DNA of 64,000 nucleotides from Geosiphon pyriformis uo1 (GCA_016748015.1 JAAOMT010000595.1:66282-130281), one strand, 5' to 3'. Positions 1 through 14,760 are shown, numbered from the stretch's first letter. Numbers and translations are program-made. Notes: a model not told the origin generated them from the letters alone.

Positions 1-1177
1 ACAGATATTTATGTGTATTGTTTTTGATATATTAGTTATAACTCTTAAATTAACCAATTTAAAGTGGTATTTGTTTTTTCTAACCAATTATTTTTGACTA
101 GTGCTTGGTATTGAGTTGTATTTATAACTAATACTTTAATGAAGATGATTATTCTATTTATATTAAAAGAAAAGAAATTAATTTTTTCAATTATTATTTT
201 TTTGGCTTTATCAGTAGTAATAATAAAAATACTGGTGTTCTTGTTAATTTGATGACCTAATTGGTTTATTAATTAAAAGGTAATAATACTTTTTGTTAAT
301 CTGCTATTTAAGACCAGTTTGATAAATTTATTATCTGCTTTCACTTCAGTATACATGATAGTAATTGGTTTATTTTTAATTAAAGTGGTTTTATTAAACA
401 AGATAAAAATGGATTTTTTTTCTTTAAGTTCAAAAGGAAATATGATAGCTAATATTTTATTATTAGTAATAATTGTAAGGAAAATTATACTGGTACTTTT
501 ATTAATATTAATAGTAAGGCTTTTAATAGTGTTGATATTTTAATCTTTGTGAAATGTCATATTATAAAAATCCTGTGGTTTAGATAAATTAAAAAACACT
601 TATTGATAATGTATAAATGCATTGTATTGTCTATTATTATTTGGATTTGGGTTTCATGATATCATTGTATTTGTTGCTAGTTAATTTAAGAAGTTTGAAT
701 TTAAGAGTAAATAATTTTCTCTTTAACTTAAGTTCTAAGAATGTGGTCTAAGAGTTGGTACTTATTATGATTGTTGTAATAGAGCTAAGCATTATGGCTG
801 GGCCAAACTTTGTTGTCATGATGGCTATTGCTAAGAATATTATTAAATTGGTACTGAGTATTAATTCTGAAATATTATGTATTGATTGTTAAAAAGTAAG
901 TTCTATAAATTGTTTTTTTGCAAATTTTAATGAGACTGTAGTAATTGATATTCAGCTTTAATATGTTTGTACTTTTGACAATAATAACATATTAGTTTAT
1001 TCTGTTAATTCTTATTTAGATTTTAATAGCCATAATCTTGAAAGAATATTTGGTTTTGTTGTTATAGTGGTTGATTTTAGTTTGGTATTTAAGACCTAGT
1101 ATTAATAAGATAACTTTCTATTTTTTAAAATAATTTTTCTTCAAGTTGAGTAATCTTGTCTTTCAGTTTTTTGGTAT

Positions 1178-2067
1178 TGTTATGATTTAAAAATTTAGCA
1201 AAAAGAATCATAAAATAATATAAATTATCCAATTATAATATAGCACAGTAATAATCCTAAAAAAGTAATGATTAACATAGTGGTAAGCATCATTTCACAA
1301 TAGTGGCAAACACCAGTTTACAATAGTGGCCAACACCAACTGGTAATAGCAGCAAACATCAAGTTAAGATACAAAAAAGAAAGTATTATAATGTGTTTTC
1401 TTGTAAAACTACAAACATGTATATATATAGTAGCTTTAATATTAAAAAAAACAATATCATCTAACATGTTATAAAACAAATCATAAAAACAATTTATCAA
1501 ACAATTCATTCAACAGTTTTACTTTAATTATCTTCTAGTCTTTATTTTTAAAATAAATATTCACAAAAATCTTTAATCAAAAAAAAATAAAAAAGAAAAT
1601 TGAAAACTAAATAATTACAACTCAAAGTGTTAAGAAACTTACTTGTATTATTTATTGAATGAAACTATTATTTATCAGCTAAATCTCTTGGAAGAATAAT
1701 TCTTGATCAAGATTATTTATATTATTACTAATTGATAAAACCTTTATTGTAAGAATTAAGAAAAGTATTAAAAGCTATTAATATTCTGTGTTTCTAGATT
1801 AGAAAAACACATTAGACAATTGCAAAAATAGCCTCAGAAAAGACTCCAAACAGTGGATAGATTTCAGTTCAGTCTTTGAAAAGGAGTATATAAACATATA
1901 CAACAATCAGAAATTGAGAAATAACTTACATTATGATATTAAAAAAAAAGTCTTTAATATAACAATAACATTATCAGACAAATAGAATTAAGGAACTCAC
2001 AAAAGATTAATTGTATTTAAAACGGAACATTGGCAATTAAATATACCAAAAAAACCATTCCATAATA
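1178..2067 (+). mobile_element. Probable degraded solo LTR (family-B-related) nested in the gypsy relic
   Basis: Termini TGTTATG...CATAATA resemble mutated TGTTACG...CGTAACA. Flanks GTAT/ATGT are compatible with a G>A-eroded 4-bp TSD. It interrupts gag-like sequence. Similarity to LTR-B is only loose. Confidence 0.35.
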
Positions 2068-2668
2068 ATGTTATTGTTATTTATTATCAAGTTTACTATT
2101 TTATTGTAATTAGCTTTTTCTTTGGCTGGTTTAATATCTTAAGCCAATATAATAGCTTGGAGTAAATTTTTTGAGTGTTATAATCTTACTTATTTTAGAA
2201 TGCTATTTCTTAATTCTTTTATAAACTAATTGAAAATTTGAGTGGCTGTATAATAGTTGTCTTTTATAGCTCTAATCTGTTATAAAACATAATTAAACTT
2301 ACTAAAATATTTAGTTACTGTTTTGCTAAGCTGTTGTTTAATAGTATTGAATCTATTTTGAAGTTTAATAATAGTGTTAAAATTGTAGAAATATTCTAGA
2401 AATGTGTTTCAAAACTGTGCAAAAGTGTTAGATTTGGGATTCAGATTCTGATATTAAGAGTTAGCTATGTTTTTTAAGAAAAATAGTAAGATTTAAAGAC
2501 TGTAAATTTTGTTTCAATTATTTATTAGAATTGTTTTTTGTGCTTTTTTAATTCAAGTATGAGCATTTTTTTCTTCTCCAGTAAAGTTAGTGTTACTTAT
2601 AGAATATAAAAAATATAGTATTATTAATTAGTAGATATTAGCCAATCAGATGTAGACATAGTAAATAT

Positions 2669-2835
2669 GGAATTCCAAGATTCCTTTCAGAGGAATTGCA
2701 GGATTCTAGAAATTTCAGAATTCTCTGACAAGGAATTGCAGAATTCCAGAATTCCAGAATTCCTCTTATCAGGAATCGCAGGATTCCAGGAATTCCAGGA
2801 TTCCTGTCACAAGGAATTAAGGAATTGAGGAATCT
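2669..2835. repeat. About 40-bp x4 tandem repeat built from GGAATTCC/GGATTCC units
   Basis: Units GGAATTCCARRATTCCT-N5-7-AGGAATYGCAGGATTCCA. TAAATATG occurs at 2662-2669 and 2836-2843. Confidence 0.8.
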
Positions 2836-3126
2836 TAAATATGTATATATAGCAGTAGCATTAGAAGCAGAAAAAACAGAATCAACACCAAGAATTCTTA
2901 GCTTAGTTACCACAATCCTCAAATAAATAATTATTCACTATATCAAATTCATTCTCCACTATCAACATTTCATGTTGATGGTAACTGATACTTAACCATA
3001 CTGGAACAATAGCTCTTGATCATGGCTATTGATGGGATACTAACTTGTAAATCACCTTGGCTTATTTCTTATTTTCTCTTTATCTTTTTTTATTTTCTTT
3101 GTTGTCTACTAACTTGATTAAAGAAT

Positions 3127-3245
3127 TTACTCTTGGAGGACTTATGGAGGAATAAAGCTTACTAAAAAATACTTACTTTTGGAGGACTTACAGAAGAATA
3201 AACTTGCTTAAACAACACTTACTCTTGAAAGACTTACAGAGGAAC
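3127..3245. repeat. About 45-bp x3 tandem repeat in the gypsy leader region
   Basis: Recurrent TTACTCTTGGAGGACTTAYRGAGGAA at about 3128, 3174 and 3219. Confidence 0.6.
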
Positions 3246-4508
3246 TGACATCAGAAAACAGCACTGGGATACACTTATGGAGGATATCATACCAGGAGAA
3301 TCATCAACCATCAAGCTAAGCAAGCAATCGGCGAAACCAAAGTTTTAGGGAACTACTAATAAACTGTTGCCACTGAATCTCTGTCTATTATACAAAAAAC
3401 TCAATTAGAAAACCTTCAGATAAAATATCTTCAGATTATTATCATCACCAATTGCCTTGAACACCAAGTTATGAGTTTGTTATTCACTTGACACCCCAAA
3501 GAATCACCTGTAACATTGGTTAATTTGCAATATAAGAGATAATTTTTTAAGAATTTACAGGTATTTAAACAGAGAAAGCTATAGGTTTTGGTTCTGATTT
3601 GCTTAAGAATTTTTTTTTTTTCAGTATTTTGTTTTCTTAATTGTATTCAAACTCAGGTTTCAATTTAGGTTCAGGCTTAGATTCTCAAACAGTCTAAAAG
3701 TTTGGTTGTAGAAAGGATAAGTTTAAGAATCACAATAAGTATTCTTCTAGAATAGATTTTTCAAAAAGTTTTCTTCTAAATAAAATATAAACATAGTTAA
3801 AAATTTGAGAAGTTGTTTTTGTGATAGATAAAAATATGATTTCTAGTAATATATTAATTTGGTTATTTGATAACAGATATTGGAATAGAGTTTCTAGTAA
3901 TATAACCCAAAATTTTTTTTATAATGATATTAAAGTTTGTTGTTGACTTATAATTCTTTGATAAGATATTTATACTAGAGTTTTTAGTTAATTATCTTAA
4001 TTACTGTTATCCTTCTTGTTTTTATTAAAAATGAATAGAAAACTTTGTCAAATGTATTCCTCAATTTTTTAGTATATTTGTATTAGAGTTATTAGAAATA
4101 ATTATATGTTAAATACCATAATATATTGGGTTAATTTTTGATTTAGGCTTTGTTTTTGTTCTTGGGGTTTTAGATTTTGCCTATATAAGTATTAAATTTA
4201 ATAATGCACATAATAATTAAAAATTGATTTAGCTAAAAAACAATTATCAGATAATTCCAATTTTTCTTGAAATTGGTAATATAGGTTTTGGCTGAAAAAA
4301 TTAATAATTGTTATTAATTTTGCTATTTTAATCTACTAATTTATTTAATTAATTATTACTAAGATTTAAGTGGCTTAAATAAGTTAAAATTAAATCTTGA
4401 AGTAAATACCAAATGTTATGTAAATTTTTTTTTAGTGGATGTACTATGATTAATTTTTATGGCTTTTTAGATCAAGTAATAATATAGTAAATTATCTAAT
4501 TTTAATAC

Positions 4509-5463
4509 TGTTATTAGTGAAATTTTAGTCATTAATTAGCATAAAATTATCCTTATAATTTCTATTATTAATTAGTATATATTATTATCATTTCAATTAT
4601 CACTTATTATTTAATCAAATTATCAAATATTATTATTCAATTAATAATTTAATTTGTATTATAAAAATTAAGATAATCAAATTACACAATACTCTGAATC
4701 ATTTAATATTCAAAAATTTGCCGAAATTAATAAAATTGGCTGAAATAATTAATAATTTGTAGAAATAACTTGTAGTTTACCAAAATGTATATTTAGTTTG
4801 CTAAAATTATAACAAAGAGAAAAAGTACAAGTTTAAAGACTAATATTACAACAAGTTGTATAAAAAAAAAACTTTTTTTTTCAAAAAATATATCTTATTT
4901 TAGATATCTTAATTAGAACAAATCATCTCTTATATACTCTTATAAAATCAAATAAAAATTAAAATATTCAAAAACCAAATCCTTAATTATTATACTTGAA
5001 ATTCACAAAAACCCAACTAATATTTTAAAATTAATTAACTACCAATTTCAATAATCTGTTAATAACTCCAGACCTAAATAGAAAACATTTTTCTTGACAA
5101 TATTTTATTTCTTTTACATTTCTTTTATTTTTTTATTTTTTTATTATTATAATTATTAAGATAATCTACAGACAAGATTCTTGTAAAAGAGTTGACTTTT
5201 ACAGCAAAATAACTACACATTTTTAGTAAGCTTCTAGATGAGCAATTTTTGGGAAAAAGTTGATATTTACTACAATATAACTACATAAAGTAACTGGCAT
5301 GGAATTGGTCATTTTATTTATAAGCCCAGCAGTTCAAATTATAAAAGATAATTTGAAAATAAATTCAGTTATTAAAGATTCAACTACTTCCAAAAAACGT
5401 GAATTTACAACAAAACAGACATTAATAACATTTAAAAAAAAAGACCAAAAACTTCCAATAACA
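4509..5463 (+). mobile_element. Solo LTR, family A (eroded)
   Basis: Reverse complement of the 7311-8284 LTR along its length. Termini TGTTATT...CAATAACA. TSD ATAC/ATAT. Confidence 0.88.
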
Positions 5464-7310
5464 ATATTTAAAAGACTATCTAAACCAATCAAAACCAAAA
5501 CAGTTTTGTGGTCAATATTAAAGAATTCGGAAATAAAATTAACTTTGTAATTTGCAATAACAGACAACAGACTTTTATTCACTAAAATATAATCAATGAC
5601 TTTTTTAATACCTCTTGAGTTGTTTTAAATAGAAGCTTTGACTAATGGATGCCCACCAAATAAATTGACCAGACCTGAATTTAAACAAAACTTGAAACTT
5701 ACATTTTTCTTAGATCTATTCTTATTGAAATTTCTACCTAAGACCATAAAACTGCTAAAGTTGACTGTCTTAGCTATAAAAAGTTGATTTCTAAAGCCAA
5801 ACTGAATCTAATCTTAGCAAAAGCACCAGCATACAAACTCAGAATTGTAACTAAAAGTTTGCTTTTAAAAAGAAGCTGCACTGAAACAATTCAACCAGGA
5901 ACTTTCTTAATCTTAAACATATAGCATGCCAGAAAACTGTTTATTATAATGGTCACTTTAGCATTAAAGAAACCTTTATCTAAACCAAATGCAAAAATTT
6001 ACATTTCTTTAAACTTGTTTATAATTTAGAGCTTAACATTAGACTTCAACTTAGTTTCTGTAATGATTAAAACCATGTTGTTAAACTTTATATGCCAATA
6101 TATAATATTCTTTTGCTTAGCCAAAACAATAATATCACAAATATTACATAGCAATCTTCCAAACCAAATTACTTATTAAGATGGAAAATGTATTAAAAAA
6201 CTCAAAACAGTACACAACTAATCTAACTTTACCAAAACAAAACTAACAGAGGTTTTAAGAGCCACCAATTTTAATTCTAAATTGCTCACTTTAGTGGTTA
6301 AGACCTTTAAACTACTCAAACCCAAAACCAAAGATTCCATAGTAATTAAAAAGAAAGATAAAAGAACAACTTTTGATCTATCCAACACTATTTCTAAGTC
6401 CAAATCCAAATTAGCAATTAATAAACCAGCCAAATTATAAGAAAAAGAAAGAGGGGCCAATAGCACCAAATTTATACTGTTAAGTTTGTGTACTATGCTA
6501 AATACTTGGTCTAATAAGAGTTCTAAAAAGCATTCCAAAGACACCAAACAAGCATTCAGAGAGAGATTACTAATTGAAGTAGAGTAAAACTTTTTATTAG
6601 AACTTAAGACACCAAAAAAAAAAACCAAAAAGAAAATTATAAAATATGAATGCCACTAAGACCACTTAAGTTCAAGATTTACTACCAAAGACAGCAAAAT
6701 GAGAGATAGGAACATTTTTCTTGGCATACAGCTTAGTAAGCTAAAGATAACTTGTATCTAAAGCAGTTCTTTTAAATAACTTTGAAGGCTTAAAAGTCAA
6801 TGCATTTGTCATATTACATTCCAAAGCAAAATGTTCAAATCTCTCATACTTTTTACACTAAATCAGATCTATTCTAGCCCATAAGAGTTTTACACCACCA
6901 AAAATTGGCTCCATGCAAAAAACAAACTCCAGTTTTTTATTAGAATTGAAACCAATCACAGCACAGCATACTTTATTATTTGTATCAAATAAATAATTAA
7001 TGATGCAAGTTTTTCCACCAGCTCTTTCTAAAAAAGTTCTAAGATCATGTACAGTTGTTCTCATTAGTAAAGTAAACAAAAGCATTCTAAACTGATTTTT
7101 TGATACCCAAATATCATGATTTTTTATGGCTTTGGCTACACACACAGAATTTTTTTCAATTAAGAATAACAATCTTATGGTCAACAAATTAGCTTAACTT
7201 GATTTAGCAAATTTTATCATAGCTTTTTGTTATAGCCCAATTAATTGTAAATGAATTGACTTAATTTCTCCAAACTTAGCCACTGTAATAACAATTATTT
7301 CTTTTAACAT

Positions 7311-8284
7311 TGTTACCAGAGGTTTTTGGTCTCTTTTCTTGAATGTTGTTAATGTTGATTTGCTGTGAATTTATGTTTCCAAGAAGTAGTTGGACCTCCG
7401 GTAACTGAATTTATCTTCAAATTATCTTCTATAATTTGAACTGCTGGGCTTATAAGTGGAATGGCCAATTTCTTGCCAGTTATTTTATGTAGTTATATTG
7501 TAGTAAACGTCAACTCTTTCCCAGAAATTACTCATCTGGAAGCTTACTAAACCTGTGTAGTTACTTTGCTGTGAAAGTCAACTCTTTTACAGGAATCTCG
7601 TCTGTAGGCTACCCAAATAATTATGACAAAAAAAGAAAGAAAAATAAAAAAAATGTAAAAGAAATAGAATTCTGTCAAGGAAAACATTTTCTATCCAGGC
7701 CTGGAGTCACTAATAGTTCATTGAAATTGGTAGCTAATCAATTTTAAAATGTTAATTGTGTTGAGAGAATTTCAAGTGTAATAATTTAAGAATTTGGTTT
7801 TCGAATATTTTAATTTTTATTTGATTTTGTAAAAGATGATTTTTTTCAATTAAGATATCTAAAGTAAGATATTATGATAAGATATTATAAAAAAAAGATA
7901 CATTTTTTTGAAGAAAAAAGCTCTTCTTTTATACAACTTGTTGTAGTACTAGTCTTTGAACTTGGACTTTTTTTTTACTACAATTTAAGTAAACTAAAGA
8001 TACATTTCAGTAAACTTACAAGTTATTTCATTGAACTATTGATTATTTCGGCGAATTTTCATTAATTTCGGCGAATTTTGACTATGTTAAATGGTTCAGG
8101 ATATTGTGTAATTTGATCATCTTAATTTCTAGAGTACAAATCGGATTATTGATTAAGTAATGATATTTGATAATTTGATTAAATAATAAGTGATAATTAA
8201 AATAATAATAATATATGCTAATTAATAATAGGAATTATGAGAGTAATTTCATGCTAATTAATAGCTAAAATTCTACTGGTAATA
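7311..8284 (-). repeat. 3' LTR of A2
   Basis: TGTTACC...GGTAATA. PPT (minus strand AAGGAGGAGA) is adjacent at 8288-8297. Confidence 0.92.
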
Positions 8285-8972
8285 TAATCTCCTCCTTAAG
8301 ATTAAGCTCTGTTAAAGTCCAAGCACTATTTGTAATGTTAAGATAGTGATCCAAGATAATTAAAGTAATCTGGTCTGAAAATTGTTGAAATTTCAGTTTT
8401 GTGAGCTTTCTAATGTATTAAATCTTTATTGGGTGGAGTATTGGATTTTGTAGAACATTTTCACAAGTGTTAAATAAATCATAGAGTCTAAATGCTGTTC
8501 TAAGTTTGTAGTGAGTGTTTATTGGTCCAGTTGTTGTTTTGGATTCATTGTAAATTTGTTTTTGTATAGCCTCAGGAGTAATGTTGGTTGCTTTAAGTTC
8601 TAGTTTTCGTTTATAAAGTGTTTTTTCAATATGAAAATATCTATATATAAGAGTATGTTCATTGTTCTGTTCATTGAGAAATAGTAAAAGTTTTTGTTGT
8701 ATTGTGGCATTTGATGAAATGTCAATAGGGGCAGATAAAAAGTTTTCTTTTAGTGTTTGCTTCAAAAGTTCTGGTAATTGATTTCCAGAATAACTTCTCA
8801 TTTTTCTTCTATAAGAGTGATAATTCTGAGAATTATTTATTACTGGGGCTGTGATTTCTTTCTGAATGTAATTAATTTGATTTCTACTAATCATTATGGA
8901 TAAGTTAGGAAGTGTTTTCAAAGCTAACATTAATTTTTAAGATATTTGTTAGATATTTCGAGAAATAATCAT
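8265..8972 (-). pseudogene. ORF3 (env-position, unknown function) of A2
   Basis: Collinear homolog of 52654-53361, with in-frame stops. The track ORF 8418-8930 is part of it. Confidence 0.75.
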
Positions 8973-9513
8973 GGTAAGAATGGTTAAAAAATAAAAAGAA
9001 TAAAGAAAATTATTTTTTGGATATGGGATTTTATTTGTTTTTGGGTTTGGGTGTTTTTGTAATTATTTACTGTTTTTGTTTTTGTGTGTTATTAAAAGAA
9101 TTATTGGAAAATTATGTTGAATTAAGTGTTCAAGTTTGGTTGTTGTTTTATTATAATGATTGATTCTAAATTTCAGAAAATATCTTCAGGATTAATTAAA
9201 GAAGAATGTGTATTAATTTGTGGAATTAATAGTTTAGAATTGTTTCTAGAGTGATAGTGTTTTAATCAATCTCCATGTGCAACTTTTGCTAATACTTTGT
9301 TATTAAGTCTTAGCTTGTATGATCTATTGCCTAGAATTTCGTAAATATAAAATGGTCCATTTTATTTATGTTCAAATTTTCCATTCTATTGTTTTTCAGT
9401 CTTAGTTCTGTGTAAGAAAACTTTATTTCCAACTTTAAATTCATTGGTAATTGATGGCAGTTTGTTGTTATGTCTTTCTTTTTGTAGGGCTTGAGAGTGT
9501 TTAATATGAGTGG

Positions 9514-11488
9514 TGTTACCAGACGAAATTAGAGATATCATTGAGCATAAAACTATCTTATAATTCCTATTATTAATTAGCATATATTATCATTATTACC
9601 GGAGGTTTTTGGTCTCTTTTTTTAAATGTTGGTAATGTTAATTTGCTGTGAATTCACGTTTTTAGGAAGTAGTTGAACCTCCAATAACTGAATTTATCTT
9701 CAAATTATCTCCTATAATTTGAACTGCTGGGCTTATAAGTGGAATGGCCAATTCCTTGCCAGTTACTTTATGTAGTTACGTTGTGGTAAATGTCAACTCT
9801 TTCCCAGGAATTGTTTGTCTGGAAGCTCACTAAAAATGTGTAGTTACTTTGCTGTGAAAGTCAACTCTTCTACAGGAATCTTGTTTGTAGGCTACCCTAA
9901 TGATTGTAATAAGAAAAATAAAAGAAAATAAAGAAATGTAAAAGAAATAGAATTTTGTCAAGAGAAACGTTTTCTATCCAGGTCTGGAGTCACTAACAGT
10001 TTACTGAAATTGGTAGCTAATCAATTTCGAAATGTTAGTTGGGTTTTGGGGATTTTCCAAGTGTAATAATTAAAGAATTTGGTTTTTTTTTTGAATTATT
10101 TGATATTTATTTCTTTTTGTGTATATAGGAATGGTTTTAAGTGATAAATCTAAAGTAAGATACATTTTCCAGAAAAAAAAAGCTCTTTTTTTATACAACT
10201 TGTTGTAGTACTAGTTTATGAACTTGCACTTTTTTTCTTTGCCCAAATTCCAGCAAACTAAAGATACATTTTGATGAACTACAAGTTATTTTGCTGAACT
10301 ATTGATTAATTTGGGTGAACTATTCATAATTTCAGCAAATTTCTGTAAATTTCGGTGAATTTTTGAATGTTACAAAGTTCAGGGTATTGTGTAATTTGAT
10401 CATCTTACTTTTTGTTATACTAATTAGATTATTTTAATTGAATCGTGATATGTGATAATTGATTAAATAATAAATGATAATTTGAAATGATATTAATATA
10501 CTAATGAATTATAGGAATTATAAGGGTAATTTTATGCTAATTAATAGCTAAAATTTTACTGGTAACATCGTTTCAAATTATCACTTATTACATTAGCAAA
10601 AATGTCCAAAATTATCATTTAATTAATAACCCAAATTGTACACAACACAAATGTAACCTAATTGCGATGATCAATCATACAATACCCCGAACTATGTAAT
10701 ATTTAAAAGTTCACCAAAATTTATAGAAATTCGCCAAAATAATTGATAGTTCACTGAAATATCTAATAGTTCGCAGAAATAACTTGTAGTTTGCCGAAAT
10801 GTATCTTTAATTCAGCGAAATTGTAGAAAATAGCAAAGTTCAAGTTCATAGAATAGTGTTATAACAAGTTGTATAAAAAGAAGAGCTTCTCTCTTTGAGA
10901 AAATATATCTTACTTTAGATTTATCACTTAGAACCATTCCTACACACACAAAAAGAAATAAATATCAAATAATTCAAAAAACCAAATTCTTTAAATTATT
11001 GCACTTGGAAAATCCTCAAAAACACAACTAACAGTTTGAAATTGATTAGCTACCAATTTCAGTAGACTGTTAAAACACTTTCAGGCCTGGATCCAAAACA
11101 ATTTTAACAAATCAATTCCTCATTTCTTCTTTTTCTTTCCTTTTCTTTTATTTTTATTTTTTTTCTTTTATTATCATAATCATTAAGGTAGCCTACAGAC
11201 GAGATTTCTGTAGAAGAGTTGACTTTCACAGCAAAGTAACTATACATTTTAGTGAGCTTTCAGACGAGCAATTCCTGGAAAAGAGTTGACGTTCACTACA
11301 ACATAACTACATAAAGTAACTGGCATGGAATTGGCCATTCCACTCATAAGCCCAGCAGCTTAAATTATAGGAGATAATTTGAAGATAAATTCAGTTACTG
11401 GAGGTTCAACCACATCCAGAAAACGTGAATTCACAGCAAACAAGCATCGACAACATTTAAGAAAAGAGACCAAAAACCTCCAGTAACA
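9514..11488 (+). mobile_element. Solo LTR (family A variant) inserted in the A2 integrase, itself interrupted by another solo LTR
   Basis: TGTTACC at 9514 to CAGTAACA at 11488. Perfect TSD GTGG (9510-9513 / 11489-11492). Confidence 0.92.
9594..10567 (-). mobile_element. Solo LTR family A nested in the previous solo LTR
   Basis: TATTACCGG (TG>TA)...GGTAACA. TSD TCAT/TCGT. Closely similar to LTR 51703-52673. Confidence 0.92.
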
Positions 11489-14363
11489 GTGGGTGCTATG
11501 TGTTTTTTTCTTTTCAATGTACTAAAAAGAGTGAAAGCTCTTCTTTGAAATGTTTCTTTAAAGTTTTTTTCATTGATTGGTTGCACTGGATATGTTTTTA
11601 CTGTGAAATTAATTGGTAATATTGCTGTCCTTCTATAAGTAAAATCAAATAGTGTGTGTTGTAGTATCTTGTTTTAGTGTTCTGTATGCTAGTAACACTA
11701 ATTGAATAAAGATATCCCATTCTTGCTCAAAGTCTGTTAAGACTTTGGCTAAAGATTCACACAATGTTCTGTTGAATCATTCTACAAGTCTATTTGTTTA
11801 AGGGTAATAAGGTGATGATAGAAGTCTTTTGACATTGAATTATTCACAAATTTCTTGTATCAAGTTGTTTACAAAATGTGTTCCTTGATCACATAAAAGT
11901 TCAATTGGGCATTCATGTCTACAAATAATGTCTTCATAGATGAAATTTGCTATTGATTTTGTATCTGCTCTTTAAATGGCTCTAGTTTCAGACCATTTGG
12001 TAAGATAATCTACTGCAACTGCAATATAACAATTTCCTTGAGTTGTAATAAGTAATGGTCCGACTAAATCAATTTCAACTCTGTTAAAGAATTGTCCAAC
12101 TTTGATTGGATTTAAAGATTCTGTGAGACAAGTTTCTTTTTTTCTTTAACAACTATCATAAAATTCTACATATTGTTAAATGTTTTTTTGCATGTGAGAC
12201 CAAAAATAATGTTCAAGAGTTCTTTGAATTGTTTTATCTCTTCCCAAGTGTGCTGAAGAAAGATCTGTGTGCATTTGTATAGAATTGTTTCTTTTTCATT
12301 CTCTTATACTAATCTGAGTGGTTGGTTTGGATTTCTGTGATTTTTGTAATAAATTTTGTTGTGGTGTATGAAATATTGTTTAAATTGGTGTTGTAATCAA
12401 TGTTTTTTACTTGGAGACCAATTTTTTAGTATAATAAGAGTCTTTAAATAGTTTTTAAGATTGTTGTAATTTCTGAGATCTATTGTTGTTTTGTTATTTG
12501 TTGGTAGATTAGTAAGGTGTAATAAATTTGTTGGTATTATTAATTTTGTCTCATTCTTAAGAGACTATTAACATTGGTGTGTAATTTTCCTGGTTTGTGG
12601 TGTACAATATATTTGTAATCTACTAAAAAATCATTCCATCGAGACTGTTTGGCACTTTGTTTAGTTTTTTTCTTATTAAGTCATTTGAAACCAATATTGT
12701 CAATTATGATGTCAAATTCTTTTCTATTCTTTAGATATTGTTGAAAATGTTTAAGAGCCCAAATGACTGTGGCAGCTTCTAGTTCAGTTGAGCCATATTT
12801 GGCTTGAGTGTTCTGCTGGCATAGACAATAACTTGCTCCTAGCCATTTTTATCTAATTGTAATAGAATGACACCAAATGCTATATGTGAAGCATTAGTGG
12901 TTAATTGAAACCATTTGTTGAAGTCTGGATAAGCAAAAACTGGGGCTGTTGTCAATCTTGTTTTGAGAGTTTTAAAAGCTTTTTGTTGTTCTTCTGTCTA
13001 TTTATATAGCACATTTTTGTTGGTAAGATAATTGAGTGGTTTGGCAATTTTTGAGAATCTTTTGATGAATTTCCAATAGTAGGAGGCTAATCCTACAAAT
13101 TTTTGTAGTTCTGTGGTATTTTTGGAAGTTTGAAAGTTTTTGACAGCATTAATTGTTCCAGAATTTGGTTTGACTTCATTTTTGCTAACAATGTGTTTAA
13201 GAAAGATTAAGCTTGTTTTTTTAAAGTGACATTTCTCAATGTTTAACTTTAATCCTGCTTTTCATAATTGTTGAAAAACTTCTTATAGGTGAATAAGATG
13301 AGCTTTAAAGCTTGGTAAGTACACATTAATGTCATTAAGATAGACAACTACTAATTGCCACAAGAGTCCTTTATATACAACATCCATGAGTCATTGAAAT
13401 GTTGCTGGTGTATTGCAGAGTCTAAAAGACATAACATTGAACTCATAGTTTCTTTTTTGGATGGTAAATGCTGTTTTGGATCGATCTTTTGGGTCTATTT
13501 CGACTTGCCAGTATCCACTTTCCAAGTCTAAAGTTGAGAAGAACTTGGCTTTTCCTAAAACATCTAGCATGTCATCAATTCTTGGAAGTGGGTAGACATC
13601 TCCAATTGTCACACTGTTGAGCTGATAATAATCTACACAGAATCTAATTTTTCCGTTTTTCTTTTTAACAAGAACTACTGGTGAGGCCCAAGGACTTTTT
13701 GATGGTTGAATCAATCCGTTATTGAGTATTCTTTGGACCTCTTCTCTGATAAATTGGTGGCTAGCAGATGGAACTTAATAGGCTTGTTGTCGTTTTGGTG
13801 GAGCATTTCCTGTATAAATCTGATGTTAAATAATATCAGTTTTTCCAAGGTCATTGTTGTCTTTTGCAAATATATCTGCAAATTCAGCTATCAGTTGTTT
13901 CAATTGTCTTTGTTGTTGGGGTTTTAAGAGACCCATGTTGATTTAAGAGAGTTTTTTTTCTAACAGATGATAGTTTTCAGTAGTAGAGATGATGTTTGGA
14001 TTTGGAAGTAGTATATGTCTTATAATTTTGATGAAATTAGAGACAATTTGAGAGTTTTCATCTTGACAGATGTTACTGTATATGATTCTAATCTCTAGTT
14101 TGTTCAATAAAACAATGGGGTAATTATTGGGATTGTTGGAATTTTTTCATTTCTTTGGGAATATAAACGTTTGGAATTGAGATTTCATGCTTTAAACAGA
14201 TTTGTTCATTGGATTCAAAGATTTTTTGAGTAGTAGTGGGTTTTGAACAAGTGTATATTTCGTGATGTTTACCAAAAAGTGAAATGGTAATTGGTTGGGA
14301 AAGTTGAAGAATCTGGTAAGATTCATTCTGTGCATTGAAAGCTATGTTTACTGGCACTGTAAA

Positions 14364-14760
14364 TCATCCAGTTGAACCAAAACCTTGCATTCTTCTTTCA
14401 CTTTTTCCCAATTGTTCTCTGTTGTTAACTGATTGTAGATCTAAAATGTTGATTAAGAGTAGATAAATTGCTTGGGCAATCTTTTTAGCATGTTCAATCC
14501 TAAATAGTTTGTCTATTTCATTCTGTAGCATGATGGTAATATCTTCAGTATATTTTGCATCTATAACTCCTTCTCTAATGTTGATTTTTTTGCTTGCCAA
14601 TGATGATCTGGATGCAATTTGAATCATTGCTCCAGGTGAAATTTCAAGAGTAATTTTGAGATTGATTTTTGTCAAGGACTTTGGTTGAAGAACCAAAGTA
14701 TTTTTTCCTGGGTATTTTAGATCATATCCAGCATCAATTTCGTGTGCTTTTTTTGGTCTG
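14364..14760 (-). pseudogene. dUTPase domain within A2 pol
   Basis: Motifs AGYDL, RSS, GVIDAKYT, KIAQAI, GFGSTG. Confidence 0.9.

Larger units (their letters stand above)
1..3364 (-). mobile_element. Heavily degraded Ty3/Gypsy internal region (leader, gag, protease) of a third related family, running off the left edge
   Basis: Reverse strand at about 80-140 reads KVLVINTTQYQALVKNNWL, matching the protease C-terminus of the intact elements (KVLIMKATQYQALVGNNWL). 2130-2600 resembles eroded gag. A possible LTR end TGTTGCC starts at 3365. Confidence 0.6.

Noticed and set aside
5299-5550. 83-aa ORF starting in the LTR (MELVILFISP...)
   Set aside because: Chimera of a short LTR-internal frame and flanking LINE sequence. 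Other LTR copies end it at the LTR terminus, carry stops, or lack the ATG (AAG).
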